Source of the DNA: Nitrospirota bacterium
GTDB lineage: Bacteria > Nitrospirota > UBA9217
Direction: 5' to 3'
Length of the DNA: 64,000 nucleotides
Assembly (NCBI GenBank): GCA_963749655.1
Contig: CAVVOB010000015.1
Span: forward strand, 64,001 to 128,000
Positions 41,852 through 52,547 of the stretch are shown here, piece by piece. Numbering within the stretch: the first letter of the stretch is position 1; each line of letters begins with the position of its first letter. Below the pieces are notes generated by a model that saw only the letters and a list, made by a program, of their open reading frames with translations, was not told the origin of the DNA and did not search any database. Both the position numbers and the translations under genes were made by a program.

Positions 41852-42837
41852 TCACTGACCCTGACGTTTTGAATCGATCGTTTCAACGGTGCCGACGGGG
41901 GCGCTCACGATTTTCTCGGTGACGGGATGGATCTGGAACCGGTCTCTCACCTTTCCGTTCCGGTCGATCACCTCCGCGCTCACCTGGTCGTTGTCCACGG
42001 TCACATGAACAAAGTGATGAAACCCTCCGTCCTCGTCCTGGACATAGAGCGGAGCTCCCGCGCCTCCCGAAATGATGTGCTGAATGCCGTCAACCTCTTT
42101 TTTCTGATAAAAATGCTCATGACCCGCGAACACTGCATCAACGCCGGCCTTGACAAAAAGGGCCTCCAGCCGGTCCCGGTCCTCGGGATACTTGTCCAGG
42201 CAGTCACCCCAATGCCTTCCTTTCCGATATTCCGTATAGAGCGGATGGTGCAGGAAAACGAAGGTGTGCTTGTAGCCCGGCTTCGCAAGGACCTCTTCGA
42301 GCCATTTCAGCTGTTTGCCCGTGATCTTTTTCTCCTGGTCCTTCAGGTACGAATCAAGAACGATAAACAGCGAGTTGCCTGCTGCAAAGGAATAGAACAG
42401 CTCGTTCCCGGGGAGATCGACCTGATCTCGGTAGATCTGTTCGCTGGCCGGCATGATCGGGCTGATATCGTGATTTCCTACGGTCAGAAAAAAGGGACCT
42501 CTATCAATTTGGACAAAGACCAGAAGGCCATCCACTCCTGGGGATCGCCGGGTGTCTCGATAGCGTCGCCTGTCGTCACGACGAAATCCGGCTTAAGCGC
42601 CGTTGCCATGATGACCATCTTTTTATAAACGACTTTGTCGGACCGGTTGTCGCCGAAGACCACGAAACTGAACTTTCCTTCGAGCGGCCCGAGGGAGGCA
42701 AGCTTCTTCTCGATGTGCTGGTTCTGTATAGCGAACGCCGTCCCTGCGGAAACAAGAACGAAGACGATCAGAAGAGCTGCAGTCTTAGTCCGCAAAGAGA
42801 CTTTTCCCGATCCTGTCGGGAAATCCGCAATTCCCAC
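41852..42837 (-). CDS. Secreted calcineurin-like metallophosphoesterase (frameshift near 42500; start approximate)
   Basis: FGDNR, TGD, GNHD, HHP and GHEH motifs across two ORFs. Confidence 0.8.
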
Positions 42838-44099
42838 TAGACTCTCCCGCCCACGATGGTCTGCACCGCCCTTCCCCTGAGATTCCATCCGTTGAAAGGC
42901 GTGTTTTTCGATCTGGACTTGAACGTGCCTGCATCAACGGTCCAGGCCATGCCGGGATCGATGATCGTAATGTCGGCGTCTGCGCCCACGGAGAGGGTGC
43001 CCCTGTTGTTCCGGAGGATCGAGGCAGGATTGGCGCTCAACTTCCGAATCGCTCCTTCCAGGGAAAGAACTCCTTCGGTGACGAGATTGAGCGTAAGCCC
43101 GACCGCGGTCTCGAGCCCCACGATGCCGAAGGGCGCATAATCGAACTCGCCTGACTTCTCGTCCGCCGCATGGGGAGCATGGTCCGTGGCGATCACGTCG
43201 ATCACGCCGTCCTTCAGCCCCTCTTTGATCGCGGCCACGTCGACTGTTGTACGGAGAGGAGGATTCATTTTTGCCAGGGTATTGTACCCCCGCACAGCCT
43301 CTTCGGTCAAAGCAAAGTAATGCGGACACGTTTCAGCGGTTACCCTGATTCCGCGCGCTTTTGCATCGCGGACCATCCTGACCGACCCGGCGGTGCTCAC
43401 GTGCGCGATGTGGAGCCTCGCGCCGGTGAGTTCCGCCAGGGCGATGTCCCGACCGGTCATCACGTCTTCAGCGGCGCGCGGAATGCCGCGGAGTCCCAGT
43501 TCCGTAGAGACCACGCCCTCGTTCATCACCCCTTGTGCGGCAAGCGTGCTGTCCTCGCAGTGGGATATGACGAGCATGTCGAAGATCAGCGAGTACTCCA
43601 TTGCCCGCCGCATGATGGAGGCGTTCATGACCGGCTTGCCGTCGTCGGACACGGCGCAGCACCCGGCGGCGTGGAGCTCGCTCATCTCGGCCAGTTCTTC
43701 GCCCTTCGAGCCCTTCGTGATGGCGCCGATGGGGAAAACGCGGCAGGCGGCGTTCCTTGCCTGCGACAGGATGAACTCGGTGATCGAACGATTGTCGTTC
43801 ACGGGGTTCGTGTTCGGCATGCAGCAGACGGACGTGAATCCCCCTGCCTGCGCCGCCGCCGTTCCCGTGGCGATCGTTTCCTTGTATTCGAAACCCGGCT
43901 CACGCAGATGCACATGCATGTCGATCAGCCCCGGGACGACGATCCTCCCCGAGGCGTCGATCACCTGCGCTCCGTTCGCTGAAATCGAACCCGGCTTGCC
44001 GAGCTTCGCGATCTTGCCGTCCGACACCAGAAGATCGAGCTGTTCGTCGACCTTGTTTGCCGGATCCATTACACGACCGTTTTTAATAAGAATGTTCAT
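42837..44099 (-). CDS. pyrC: Dihydroorotase
   Basis: [30 protein letters not shown]. Confidence 0.94.
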   Translation of the reverse strand: MNILIKNGRVMDPANKVDEQLDLLVSDGKIAKLGKPGSISANGAQVIDASGRIVVPGLIDMHVHLREPGFEYKETIATGTAAAQAGGFTSVCCMPNTNPVNDNRSITEFILSQARNAACRVFPIGAITKGSKGEELAEMSELHAAGCCAVSDDGKPVMNASIMRRAMEYSLIFDMLVISHCEDSTLAAQGVMNEGVVSTELGLRGIPRAAEDVMTGRDIALAELTGARLHIAHVSTAGSVRMVRDAKARGIRVTAETCPHYFALTEEAVRGYNTLAKMNPPLRTTVDVAAIKEGLKDGVIDVIATDHAPHAADEKSGEFDYAPFGIVGLETAVGLTLNLVTEGVLSLEGAIRKLSANPASILRNNRGTLSVGADADITIIDPGMAWTVDAGTFKSRSKNTPFNGWNLRGRAVQTIVGGRV

Positions 44100-44242
44100 A
44101 AGAATCCTTGGCTAGCCACGAATTAACACGAATTTTCACGAATGATAATAACATCCAAAAATAAGCCTAACGCCTTGGGAAGATAAAAACCGATTATCAC
44201 ACGAAGTCACGAAGCTCACAAAGAAAAACAGTCAAATGATTT

Positions 44243-45570
44243 CAGTAGTGTCCCAACGTTGAATTCGTAATAAGCTCTAACTTCGCATCAAGTAAAGAGA
44301 TTTACCTTAAAATGCAATTTATCGATTTGAAATTTATTCTGCCGATAGGCCATACTTCCGCATCCCCGCGGAAGGAGATGGACAGCTATGAACATCGGCA
44401 GAACCGTCTTTGCGCAATTGATGGAGTTCTTCCCCGCCTACGAATTCCGGAAATGCGTAGAGCGGTACAACGGCAACTACAAGGTGATCTCATTCACCTG
44501 TCTGGATCAGTTCCTTTGCATGGCCTTCGCTCAGCTCACATACCGAGAGAGTCTCCGGGACATCGAGGCCTGCCTGCGCGGTGCCAAGCCGAAACTGTAT
44601 CACATGGGCATCCGGAGCAAGGTCTCCAGAAACACCATCGCTCACGCCAACGAAACGCGCGATTGGAGGATCTACGCCGACTTCGCCCAGGTGCTGATCA
44701 AAATCGCCAGAGAGCTATACACCGAGGAGGATTTCGGTCTGGAACTGGACCAGACCGTGTATGCCTTCGACTCAACGATCCTCGATCTTTGCCTCTCGGT
44801 CTTTCCGTGGGCCACGTTCCGCAAAGGGAAAGCCGGGATCAAGCTGCATACGCTTCTGGATATCAAGGGCAATATCCCCGTGATTATCCGTATTACACCG
44901 GCGATAATTCACGATGTCAACATTCTCGACGATCTGCTTTTCGAGGCCGGAGCTATTTACGTTTTCGATCGAGCCTATGTGGATTTTGCTCGGCTCTACC
45001 GGATTCATCACTCCCGGGCGTTCTTCCTGAGCCGGGCAAAGAGCAACTTTGTCTTCAAGAGGCTGTACTCGCAGCCTATAGACAAATCCACCGGCTTGCG
45101 CGCAGATCAGATCATCATGGTAACCGGGTTCTACACCCTGAAAGACTATCCGGAGAAACTCCGACGCATCCGGTACTACGATACGGCGACCAAGAAGCGT
45201 TTCGTCTTTCTGACCAACAACTTCGACCTGCCGGCTATAACTATTGCGCAGCTTTACAAGTGTCGCTGGCAGGTGGAACTGTTCTTCAAGTGGATCAAGC
45301 AGCACCTTCGTATCAAGGCCTTCTATGGCACCACGGAGAATGCGGTAAAAACTCAGATATGGATCGCCATCTCCATTTACGTTCTCGTGGCCATTGTCAG
45401 AAAACGCCTGAAGCTCGACCGAACCCTTTATACGATTCTACAGATTCTGAGCGTGTCGTTGTTTGAGAAAATGCCCATCTTACAGGTACTATCTGCATCT
45501 GGCTATGAGAACGATACGCCCTATGACGATAACCAGTTGAATCTACAAATGTAACGTTGGGACACTACTG
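44243..45570 (+). mobile_element. IS4-family insertion sequence, complete
   Basis: Perfect 18-bp TIRs cagtagtgtcccaacgtt / aacgttgggacactactg. 9-bp TSD aaatgattt at 44234-44242 and 45571-45579. Confidence 0.93.
44388..45554 (+). CDS. IS4-family DDE transposase with DUF4372-like N-terminus
   Basis: DST, FDRAY, YKCRWQVELFFKWIKQHL. Confidence 0.92.
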   Translation: MNIGRTVFAQLMEFFPAYEFRKCVERYNGNYKVISFTCLDQFLCMAFAQLTYRESLRDIEACLRGAKPKLYHMGIRSKVSRNTIAHANETRDWRIYADFAQVLIKIARELYTEEDFGLELDQTVYAFDSTILDLCLSVFPWATFRKGKAGIKLHTLLDIKGNIPVIIRITPAIIHDVNILDDLLFEAGAIYVFDRAYVDFARLYRIHHSRAFFLSRAKSNFVFKRLYSQPIDKSTGLRADQIIMVTGFYTLKDYPEKLRRIRYYDTATKKRFVFLTNNFDLPAITIAQLYKCRWQVELFFKWIKQHLRIKAFYGTTENAVKTQIWIAISIYVLVAIVRKRLKLDRTLYTILQILSVSLFEKMPILQVLSASGYENDTPYDDNQLNLQM

Positions 45571-45620
45571 AAATGATTTAAGTTCTAAATTCGTGTCAAT
45601 TCGTGAAATTCGTGGCAAAA

Positions 45621-46550
45621 CTAAGCCTCTGCCTTTCCCCCGCCGGCCAGCAGGAACATCACCGCCATGCGGACCGCAACGCCGTTCGTTACCTGGTCGA
45701 GAATGACCGGCGTGCTGTCGGCAACCTCGGAGGATATCTCGACGCCCCGGTTCATGGGGCCGGGGTGCATCACCAAGGCGTGAGCGGCCGCCCGTCCCAG
45801 GCGCCGCTGATTCAGGCCGTACAGGGCAGCGTACTCGCGCACGCCGGGAAACAGCCCGGCGGCCTGGCGTTCGAGCTGCAGCCGCAGCATCATGACCACG
45901 TCGGCGCCCTCGACGGCCTCGTCCATGTTGTAATACACCTGCGCACCAAGGCAATTGATCCCCGGCGGGATCATGGTCGGCGGACCGCAAACCCGCACGC
46001 GGGCTCCCATGGTCGCGAGCCCGTACATGTTCGACCGGGCCACGCGGCTGTGCATGATGTCCCCCACGATGGCGACGGTCAGCCCTTCGATCTTTCCGAG
46101 CTTTTCCCGGATGGTGAACATGTCGAGCAGCGCCTGCGTCGGATGTTCATGAAAGCCGTCTCCGGCGTTGATCACCGAGCTCTTGAGCCTTCGGGAGAGG
46201 TACTCGGGGGCGCCGGAGCAGGAATGACGGACGATGATCATGTCGCACTTCATGGCCTCGATATTCCTGGCCGTGTCGAGGAGCGTCTCTCCCTTGACAA
46301 CGCTGCTCGCCGAGGTCGATATATTGATCACGTCCGCGGAAAGCCGCTTGCCGGCCAGTTCGAAAGAGGTCCGCGTCCTCGTGCTCGCTTCATAGAACAG
46401 GTTGATCACGGTCTTGCCGCGGAGGGTCGGCACTTTCTTGATGTCCCGTTCCGACACATCTTTGAACGTCTCCGCCGTGTCGAGGATCAGCCTGATCTCG
46501 TCGGCAGACATGCCTTTTATGCCGAGCAGGTCTTTTGAACTCAGTGACAT
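45621..46550 (-). CDS. pyrB: Aspartate carbamoyltransferase catalytic subunit
   Basis: [29 protein letters not shown]. Confidence 0.95.
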   Translation of the reverse strand: MSLSSKDLLGIKGMSADEIRLILDTAETFKDVSERDIKKVPTLRGKTVINLFYEASTRTRTSFELAGKRLSADVINISTSASSVVKGETLLDTARNIEAMKCDMIIVRHSCSGAPEYLSRRLKSSVINAGDGFHEHPTQALLDMFTIREKLGKIEGLTVAIVGDIMHSRVARSNMYGLATMGARVRVCGPPTMIPPGINCLGAQVYYNMDEAVEGADVVMMLRLQLERQAAGLFPGVREYAALYGLNQRRLGRAAAHALVMHPGPMNRGVEISSEVADSTPVILDQVTNGVAVRMAVMFLLAGGGKAEA

Positions 46551-46638
46551 GCGTTAAACCCCTTCGTGGGTCATGGGGCCGGGGGCCAGGGTTCAGGGTT
46601 TTGCATTCCCTTGTCCCTGGCTACTGGACCCTGTCTTC

Positions 46639-47181
46639 TTACTCCCCCAGAATCACGACTTTCTCTTCGCCGCCGTCCTCGGCCAGCATGACTTCCACTT
46701 TTTCCCGGGCCGACGTCGGCAGGTTCTTGCCCACATAATCGGCGCGGATCGGCAGCTCCCGGTGGCCCCGGTCGACAAGCACGGCCAGCTGGATGCGCCG
46801 CGGCCTGCCGTAGTCCATAACGCTGTTCAACGCCGACCGGATGGTTCGGCCGGTAAAGATAACGTCATCGACCAGCACCATGACCTTGCCCTGGATATCA
46901 AAGGTGATGTCGGTCGCCTTGGGTACGGGCTGGGACTTCCGGGTTGAAAGATCGTCACGGTACATGGTGATATCCAAACTTCCCACGGGGATGTCGATCT
47001 TTTCGATCTCCCGGATCTTGGCCGCCAGCCGTTTGGACAGATGTACGCCGCCGTGCTGGATGCCGACGAGAACGATGTCTTTCGCACCCTTGTTCTTTTC
47101 CAGGATTTCGTGGGCAATGCGGATCAGCGCCCTGTCGATCCCGGTCTTATCGAGGATGAGTGCCTTTTCCTTGAGACTCAT
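46639..47181 (-). CDS. pyrR: Pyrimidine operon attenuator protein / uracil PRTase
   Basis: [36 protein letters not shown]. Confidence 0.95.
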   Translation of the reverse strand: MSLKEKALILDKTGIDRALIRIAHEILEKNKGAKDIVLVGIQHGGVHLSKRLAAKIREIEKIDIPVGSLDITMYRDDLSTRKSQPVPKATDITFDIQGKVMVLVDDVIFTGRTIRSALNSVMDYGRPRRIQLAVLVDRGHRELPIRADYVGKNLPTSAREKVEVMLAEDGGEEKVVILGE

Positions 47182-47310
47182 TGAGAAAACTCCTTAACCA
47201 TGGCGGCCGGAGCGGGTCTGATCTCCCATACCGCGATACTAACCCGGCGATATTGTTTCTCTATTTCTGCGCGACTCCGCGTCCCCGCAATAAGACCGTA
47301 AAAAAGGCAC

Positions 47311-47344
47311 AAAAAAAACCTTCCCCCCTGAACGGGAGGAAGGT
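47311..47344 (-). terminator. Attenuator terminator of the pyr leader
   Basis: Minus-strand hairpin accttcctcccgttcaggggggaagg followed by a U8 tract. Confidence 0.8.
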
Positions 47345-47396
47345 CGTGCGCACTTGTTTTGAGCGTTATTCCGCTGTTATGGTTTTTCATTCGGAG

Positions 47397-47428
47397 CCCT
47401 TCCTGGCCTCACAGGACCAGACTTAAAG
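47397..47428 (-). promoter_or_regulatory. PyrR-binding RNA stem-loop
   Basis: Minus strand CUUUAAGUCUGGUCCUGUGAGGCCAGGAAGGG matches the PyrR binding-loop consensus (UCCnGnGAGG). An upstream TTGACA-N18-TATTTT promoter lies at 47469-47498. Confidence 0.85.
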
Positions 47429-47589
47429 AGTGTTGCTTACCGGACTAAACGTCATGCAGAACGATGCTAAAATACCTCAAACAGCGAAGCGGTGTCAAGT
47501 ACTTTCTTGGTGATCCCTGCTGTTTGCCCATAAGGTCGGAACCCCGGGCAGAGGGACTGAAAGGCCGAAGCTGCGACTGCACGATGATC

Positions 47590-48513
47590 TCATTTGTTGT
47601 GCTTCAAAATCCAGACCTTGGCCATAAGCCGGGCCGTGTCGATCTCCTGCGGCGTCAGACGTTTTTCAAGCTGATCGATATGCTCCCGCGCTTCTTTGCG
47701 GCCCGCGCTGTCGGCCAGGTACAGCCATTTATAGGCGACGACAAAATCAGTCGACGCCCCTTTTCCGTCGTAATGCATCATCCCGAGATTCAATAGAGCA
47801 TTTGCATATCCCTGTTCCGCCGACTTTTGATACAGATCGAGCGCAACCCGGTAATCCCGGGGAACGCCCATCCCGTTCTCGTGCATCAAAGCCAGGTAAT
47901 ACTGTGCGACTTCATTCCCCTGTTCAGCCGCTTTACGGAACCACTGAGCCGCCTCTTTATAATCCCGGGCTACGCCTATACCCTTGAAATGCAGCAGCCC
48001 GAGCAGGTACTGGGAACCGGCATATCCCTGCTCGGCGGACCGCAGATACCATCGAACCGCCGCTTTTTTGTCCTGCATCACTCCCCTGCCGTCGAAATAC
48101 ATGATGCCCAGGCTGTGCTGCGCAGGTGCGTAGCCTTGCTCCGCAGACTTGAGGTACCAGACAACCGCGATCTTGAAATCCCTGGTGAGACCCCGACCGT
48201 TTTCATGCATTTCGCCGAGCTGGTATTGCGCCGCGGCCAGGCCCTGGCGCGCGGAACGCTGGAACCAGTCCAGAGCCGAGGCGTGATTCTGGGGCATCCC
48301 CTGCCCGTATTCATGCATCATCCCGAGGTAATATTGAGCTTCGGAATTCCCGCTGTCCGCCGGGGGCTTCAATTCCTTCAAGGCTGCTTCATAGTTGCTT
48401 TTCCGGTATGCTGCGATTCCCTCCTGCAAACCCGCCAGCACGTTCGAAGCAAGCAAAGAGAAAAGCGCGGCAGCAAGTAAAGCGCCGATCAGATTATATC
48501 GTTTGTTGGCCAT
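47590..48513 (-). CDS. Secreted Sel1-repeat protein
   Basis: Signal peptide and about 6 repeats of AQYxLGxMxxxGxGV. Confidence 0.9.
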   Translation of the reverse strand: MANKRYNLIGALLAAALFSLLASNVLAGLQEGIAAYRKSNYEAALKELKPPADSGNSEAQYYLGMMHEYGQGMPQNHASALDWFQRSARQGLAAAQYQLGEMHENGRGLTRDFKIAVVWYLKSAEQGYAPAQHSLGIMYFDGRGVMQDKKAAVRWYLRSAEQGYAGSQYLLGLLHFKGIGVARDYKEAAQWFRKAAEQGNEVAQYYLALMHENGMGVPRDYRVALDLYQKSAEQGYANALLNLGMMHYDGKGASTDFVVAYKWLYLADSAGRKEAREHIDQLEKRLTPQEIDTARLMAKVWILKHNK

Positions 48514-48758
48514 GCGAGCACCTCGATATTATTCATCATGGTCATTCAGTGAATGAAAAAAACGCTCAATTATGGAAGAAGCAACCGAAAAGCAACGATG
48601 AACGGCAGGATCAACAGAATGAATCGAAGCATCAGACTTCAGTGAATTCCATCCGACAATCCTGCCAAAAAGATCTCAGCCGGGCGGGCATGCAACACCT
48701 GCAAAAATGGTTATCGTGCAAAATAATGAACAGAAAAGATTCCGCTGTTTGCCGCGGA

Positions 48759-49334
48759 TCAGCCCTTCAGCTTCTTAAGCAGCCATGCCATGTTCGTTCC
48801 CAGGTGCTTCATGGTCTGGACGCCTTCGGCGTCGTTGTTCACTTCGCCGGGTTGCCTGCCGATGCCGATGTTCCAGTAGCTCGATCCCGGAACGATCATC
48901 TCGTTGATGGTGAAAAAATAGTTCAGCGAATTGAACACGTGGATCGCGCCCGCCCGCCTGACCGCAACGACCGCCGCCCCCACCTTTCTCTTGTAAATGC
49001 CCGCGTTCGCGCGGCCCACCATGCCGCACCGTTCGATCAGCGCCTTCATGCCCGCGGACACGTCGGCGAAATACGTGGGCGATCCGAGAATGATGCCGTC
49101 GGCCTCGATCATTTTTCTGATGCATTCATTGATAATGTCCTTGTCAACGGCGCACTGCTGGTTCTTTTTTTCGAAACACTTGAAGCAGGCCATGCAGCCC
49201 TGGATCGGCTTTCCGGCGAGTGAATAGACCTCCGTCTCGATCCCCTCGGCCTTCAGTTCGTCGAGAACGAGGTTCAGCAACAAGGCTGTATTCCCTTCCT
49301 TCCGAACGCTGCCGTTAAAGGCAATGACTTTCAT
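48759..49334 (-). CDS. Iron-sulfur flavoprotein / flavodoxin-like NADPH-FMN reductase family
   Basis: GSVRKEGNT, CMACFKC...C, GSPTYF. Confidence 0.88.
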   Translation of the reverse strand: MKVIAFNGSVRKEGNTALLLNLVLDELKAEGIETEVYSLAGKPIQGCMACFKCFEKKNQQCAVDKDIINECIRKMIEADGIILGSPTYFADVSAGMKALIERCGMVGRANAGIYKRKVGAAVVAVRRAGAIHVFNSLNYFFTINEMIVPGSSYWNIGIGRQPGEVNNDAEGVQTMKHLGTNMAWLLKKLKG

Positions 49335-49535
49335 GAGTGCCTCCTGCTCAAAATCGTCGCACCAGGGCGGCGCGACAGGGACTGCCGGTACGAAAAATTC
49401 CGGGCTGTGTTTGAATGTTATATCACAAATCACGGATTTTGAACAATGGAATTTTCCGCATCCCTGAAGCCGATCCCCGGCCGATAATCGCCTTTACAAT
49501 CATAGATTGAACGACTACAATAAAAGAATTAAAAT

Positions 49536-49670
49536 TGATGAAATCGTAAAAAGCAAATTTTACCGCAGAGCGCGCAGAGAACGCAGAAGAAATCCTCATA
49601 AATTCCGACTAAATTTCTCTGCGACCTCGGCGTTCCCTGCGGTGCAAAGCCTTTTTTTACGAATTTGTCA
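49536..49670. mobile_element. MITE (TGAYnnnnTCGTAAAAA ends, AAAT TSD) enclosing a 9-bp-periodic inverted repeat
   Basis: aaat|tgatgaaatcgtaaaaag ... ctttttttacgaatttgtca|aaat. Confidence 0.7.
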
Positions 49671-49691
49671 AAATTGCGGATTAAAAAACAA

Positions 49692-52286
49692 ATGACCAAT
49701 CTCCCTAATCTCATCCGGCACATCAGCATCAAGCGCATCTGGCTCCAGAAGGTCAATACGCTCATGATCATTTCCGGGATCTGTCTCGGCGTTGCAGCGA
49801 TCGTGTCGATCGGCATCGTGAACAAGAGCGTGCTGCGCTCTTTCGAAGACTCGATCAACCGCGTGACCGGGCGTGCGGTCCTTCAGGTGACGGGAGCGGC
49901 TTCGGGATTTCCCGAAGCCATCATCGACCGCGTGCAGAGCGTCCCGGGCGTGGAGTACGCCGTGCCCGTGATCGACACCCAGGGCATCCTGGTGGGCGCA
50001 AAAGAGCGGTCGCTCATGATCCTGGGAGTGGATGTGCTCCAGGACTCCAACATCCGCGACTATAAGCTCTCGGAGGAGGATGCCGACATCCCCGACCCGC
50101 TCCTCTTCCTTGCCCGTCCTGATTCCATCCTCCTGACGAAAGAGCTTGCGGACCGGGAAAACATCAAGATCGATCAGACGATCCGGGTGCAGACCGTGCG
50201 GGGCATCAGGGACTTCCGCGTGCGCGGCCTTCTGAACCCCGAGGGTCCGGCGAAGGTCGCCTCGGGCAACATTGCCGTTATGGATTATCCCGCCGCCCAG
50301 ATGGCCTTCGGCAAGGAAGGACGGATCGACCGCGTCGATGTGAGCATTCTCCGGGGCGAAAACCTCGATGCAGTGCGAACGAGAATTGAAAGGGCCCTTC
50401 CCGGCGGATACAACGTCGTGACGCCCGAGGGAAGGACGAAGCAGGTCGAGCTCCTCGTCTCCCGCTTCCAGAAGAACATCAACCTCATCAGCTTCATTGC
50501 CGTGTTCGTCGGCATGTACCTCATCTACAACGCCGTCTCAATCTCCGTGGTGCAGCGCAGGAAGGAAGTCGGCATCCTCCGCGCCCTGGGCGCCACGCGG
50601 CGCCAGATCATCGCTCTCTTCATGGGAGAAACCTTCGTCATGGCAGTCGCAGGTTCCGCTCTCGGGCTCGGGCTGGGGAATGTCTTTGCCCGGTCCGCAC
50701 TCGGCATGGTCGGCCAGACGGTGTCGGAGCTGTATGTCAGAACCTCGGTAACGGAGGTCGCCGTCTCATGGACCAGTCTCGCGGCAGGTTTCATGACCGG
50801 CATCGCTGCCAGCCTCGCAGCCGCCTTTTTCCCTGCCCTGGCCAGCACCCGCATCACACCCGTGTCCGCCATCCGGTCGGTGGCTTATTCGCAAGACGGG
50901 TTCCTCTCCGGCAGAAGGCTGAACATGGCCTCCTCGGCGCTGGTCCTCGCGGCCGCCGGTCTTCTGGCGCTCTACGAGATGAGCGGAGACCAGTCCTTCT
51001 TCCACGCGACGATGACCATGTTCTCGGCCTCGATCTGCCTGCTCCTCGGCATATCGCTGGCGACTCCCGCCGCGCTCAAGGGCTTTCTCTCCTTCTTTCA
51101 CCGCGCTGTTTCCCCCCACGTCGGCGCCACGGCCAGGCTTGCCGGCCTGAATATCCAGAAGAACATCACCCGGAATGCAGTGGCGGCCGCCGCCATCTTC
51201 TTCGGCATCGCCGTGTTCGTGAGCTCCTCGGGCATCATTTACAGCACCAAGCAGTCGGTGCTCGATTGGATCGACTCCTATGTGCGGGGAGACATCATCG
51301 TGACCTCGGGCCACCCCATCGCGACCACCGGCGCCCAGAACATTCCCATGCCCGTGGACCTGTGGAAGGACATCGAAAAGGTCCCCGGCGTTCTCTCGGC
51401 CGATCCCTTCAGAAAGATATATACCGATTATCAGGGAAGACGCGTCCTGCTCCTGACCCTCGACATTACGCGAAGAATGGTCTACAGCCCCTTCAAGATA
51501 GCCCGGGGAAAACGCGAGGAGATGGCCCGGCTGCTGCCGAGCGGAAATTTCGTGGCCGTGAATGAAGCGCTCGCCGCCCAGGAAAGGCTCAAGCCGGGAG
51601 ACCGCATGGTCCTGCCCACGCCGGAAGGCCCGGTCCCCTTCACCGTCGCCGTCATCAACGTGGATTACAGCTCCGACTCAGGCTCCCTGCTCATGGACAT
51701 CCATACGTACCAGAAGTACTGGAAGGAATATTTGGCAGACTCGTTCTCGATCAAGATCAAGCCGGGCGCACGGGTCGAAGACGTCCGGGACGGCATCATC
51801 AAGAGACTCGGGAACGACCGGCAGCTCTTCGTGCTGCCTGCCCGCGAATTCAGGGGAGAGATCCGGAAGGTCATCGACCAGGGCTTCTCCGTGAACAACG
51901 CCGTCAACGCCATCACGCTTTTGATCGCCTGCCTCGGCATCGTCGTCACGCTCCTCGCATCGGTGCTCGAACGCACGCGGGAGATCGGCATTCTCCGCTC
52001 CATCGGTATGCTGCGGCGCCAGGTATCGCGTGTCGTGGTCCTGGAATCAGTGCTCCTCGGCATTGTCGGAGGGGTGCTCGGCTGCGGCGCCGGAATCGTT
52101 ATCGGTTGGATGAGCCTCGAGGGATTTCTGAAAAGCGACTACGGCGCGAGCATGGAGTACCACATTTACTACGCGTCCCTCTTCTGGGCCATGGCGCTCT
52201 CTGCGCTTCTGGCCGCACTGGCAGGCGTCTACCCCGCCCGCCGCGCTGCCCGGACGAATATTGTGGAAGCACTGTTCTATGAATGA
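49692..52286 (+). CDS. MacB/FtsX-family ABC transporter permease (double repeat)
   Basis: Two permease halves with RRKEVGILRALG and RTREIGILRSIG, plus large periplasmic domains. Confidence 0.88.
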   Translation: MTNLPNLIRHISIKRIWLQKVNTLMIISGICLGVAAIVSIGIVNKSVLRSFEDSINRVTGRAVLQVTGAASGFPEAIIDRVQSVPGVEYAVPVIDTQGILVGAKERSLMILGVDVLQDSNIRDYKLSEEDADIPDPLLFLARPDSILLTKELADRENIKIDQTIRVQTVRGIRDFRVRGLLNPEGPAKVASGNIAVMDYPAAQMAFGKEGRIDRVDVSILRGENLDAVRTRIERALPGGYNVVTPEGRTKQVELLVSRFQKNINLISFIAVFVGMYLIYNAVSISVVQRRKEVGILRALGATRRQIIALFMGETFVMAVAGSALGLGLGNVFARSALGMVGQTVSELYVRTSVTEVAVSWTSLAAGFMTGIAASLAAAFFPALASTRITPVSAIRSVAYSQDGFLSGRRLNMASSALVLAAAGLLALYEMSGDQSFFHATMTMFSASICLLLGISLATPAALKGFLSFFHRAVSPHVGATARLAGLNIQKNITRNAVAAAAIFFGIAVFVSSSGIIYSTKQSVLDWIDSYVRGDIIVTSGHPIATTGAQNIPMPVDLWKDIEKVPGVLSADPFRKIYTDYQGRRVLLLTLDITRRMVYSPFKIARGKREEMARLLPSGNFVAVNEALAAQERLKPGDRMVLPTPEGPVPFTVAVINVDYSSDSGSLLMDIHTYQKYWKEYLADSFSIKIKPGARVEDVRDGIIKRLGNDRQLFVLPAREFRGEIRKVIDQGFSVNNAVNAITLLIACLGIVVTLLASVLERTREIGILRSIGMLRRQVSRVVVLESVLLGIVGGVLGCGAGIVIGWMSLEGFLKSDYGASMEYHIYYASLFWAMALSALLAALAGVYPARRAARTNIVEALFYE

Positions 52287-52416
52287 TGCTCTCGCAAAAA
52301 GTCTTTTTAGCCGCAGAAGTCACAAAAGCTTAATAAATTATCATTGATTTTTCAAAGACTCTTTTTGTGCTTTTTGTGATTTTTGTGGCATATCTTGAAT
52401 TCTTACGACTACATCA
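52284..52416. mobile_element. MITE (TGATGnnnTCGYAA ends, TGAA TSD) enclosing a 9-bp-periodic inverted repeat
   Basis: tgaa|tgatgctctcgcaaaaagtc ... gaattcttacgactacatca|tgaa. Confidence 0.7.
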
Positions 52417-52547
52417 TGAATAAACACTAGATTTTCTCTCACCCCTGCTGCGTCGATGTTATGATCGTCACCTGGCCGCTATCCGCATATCCCACCGGGG
52501 ATAAGGCCAATAAACGCGCGGCTTTCTGTCCGTGAAGACTGTGGCAG

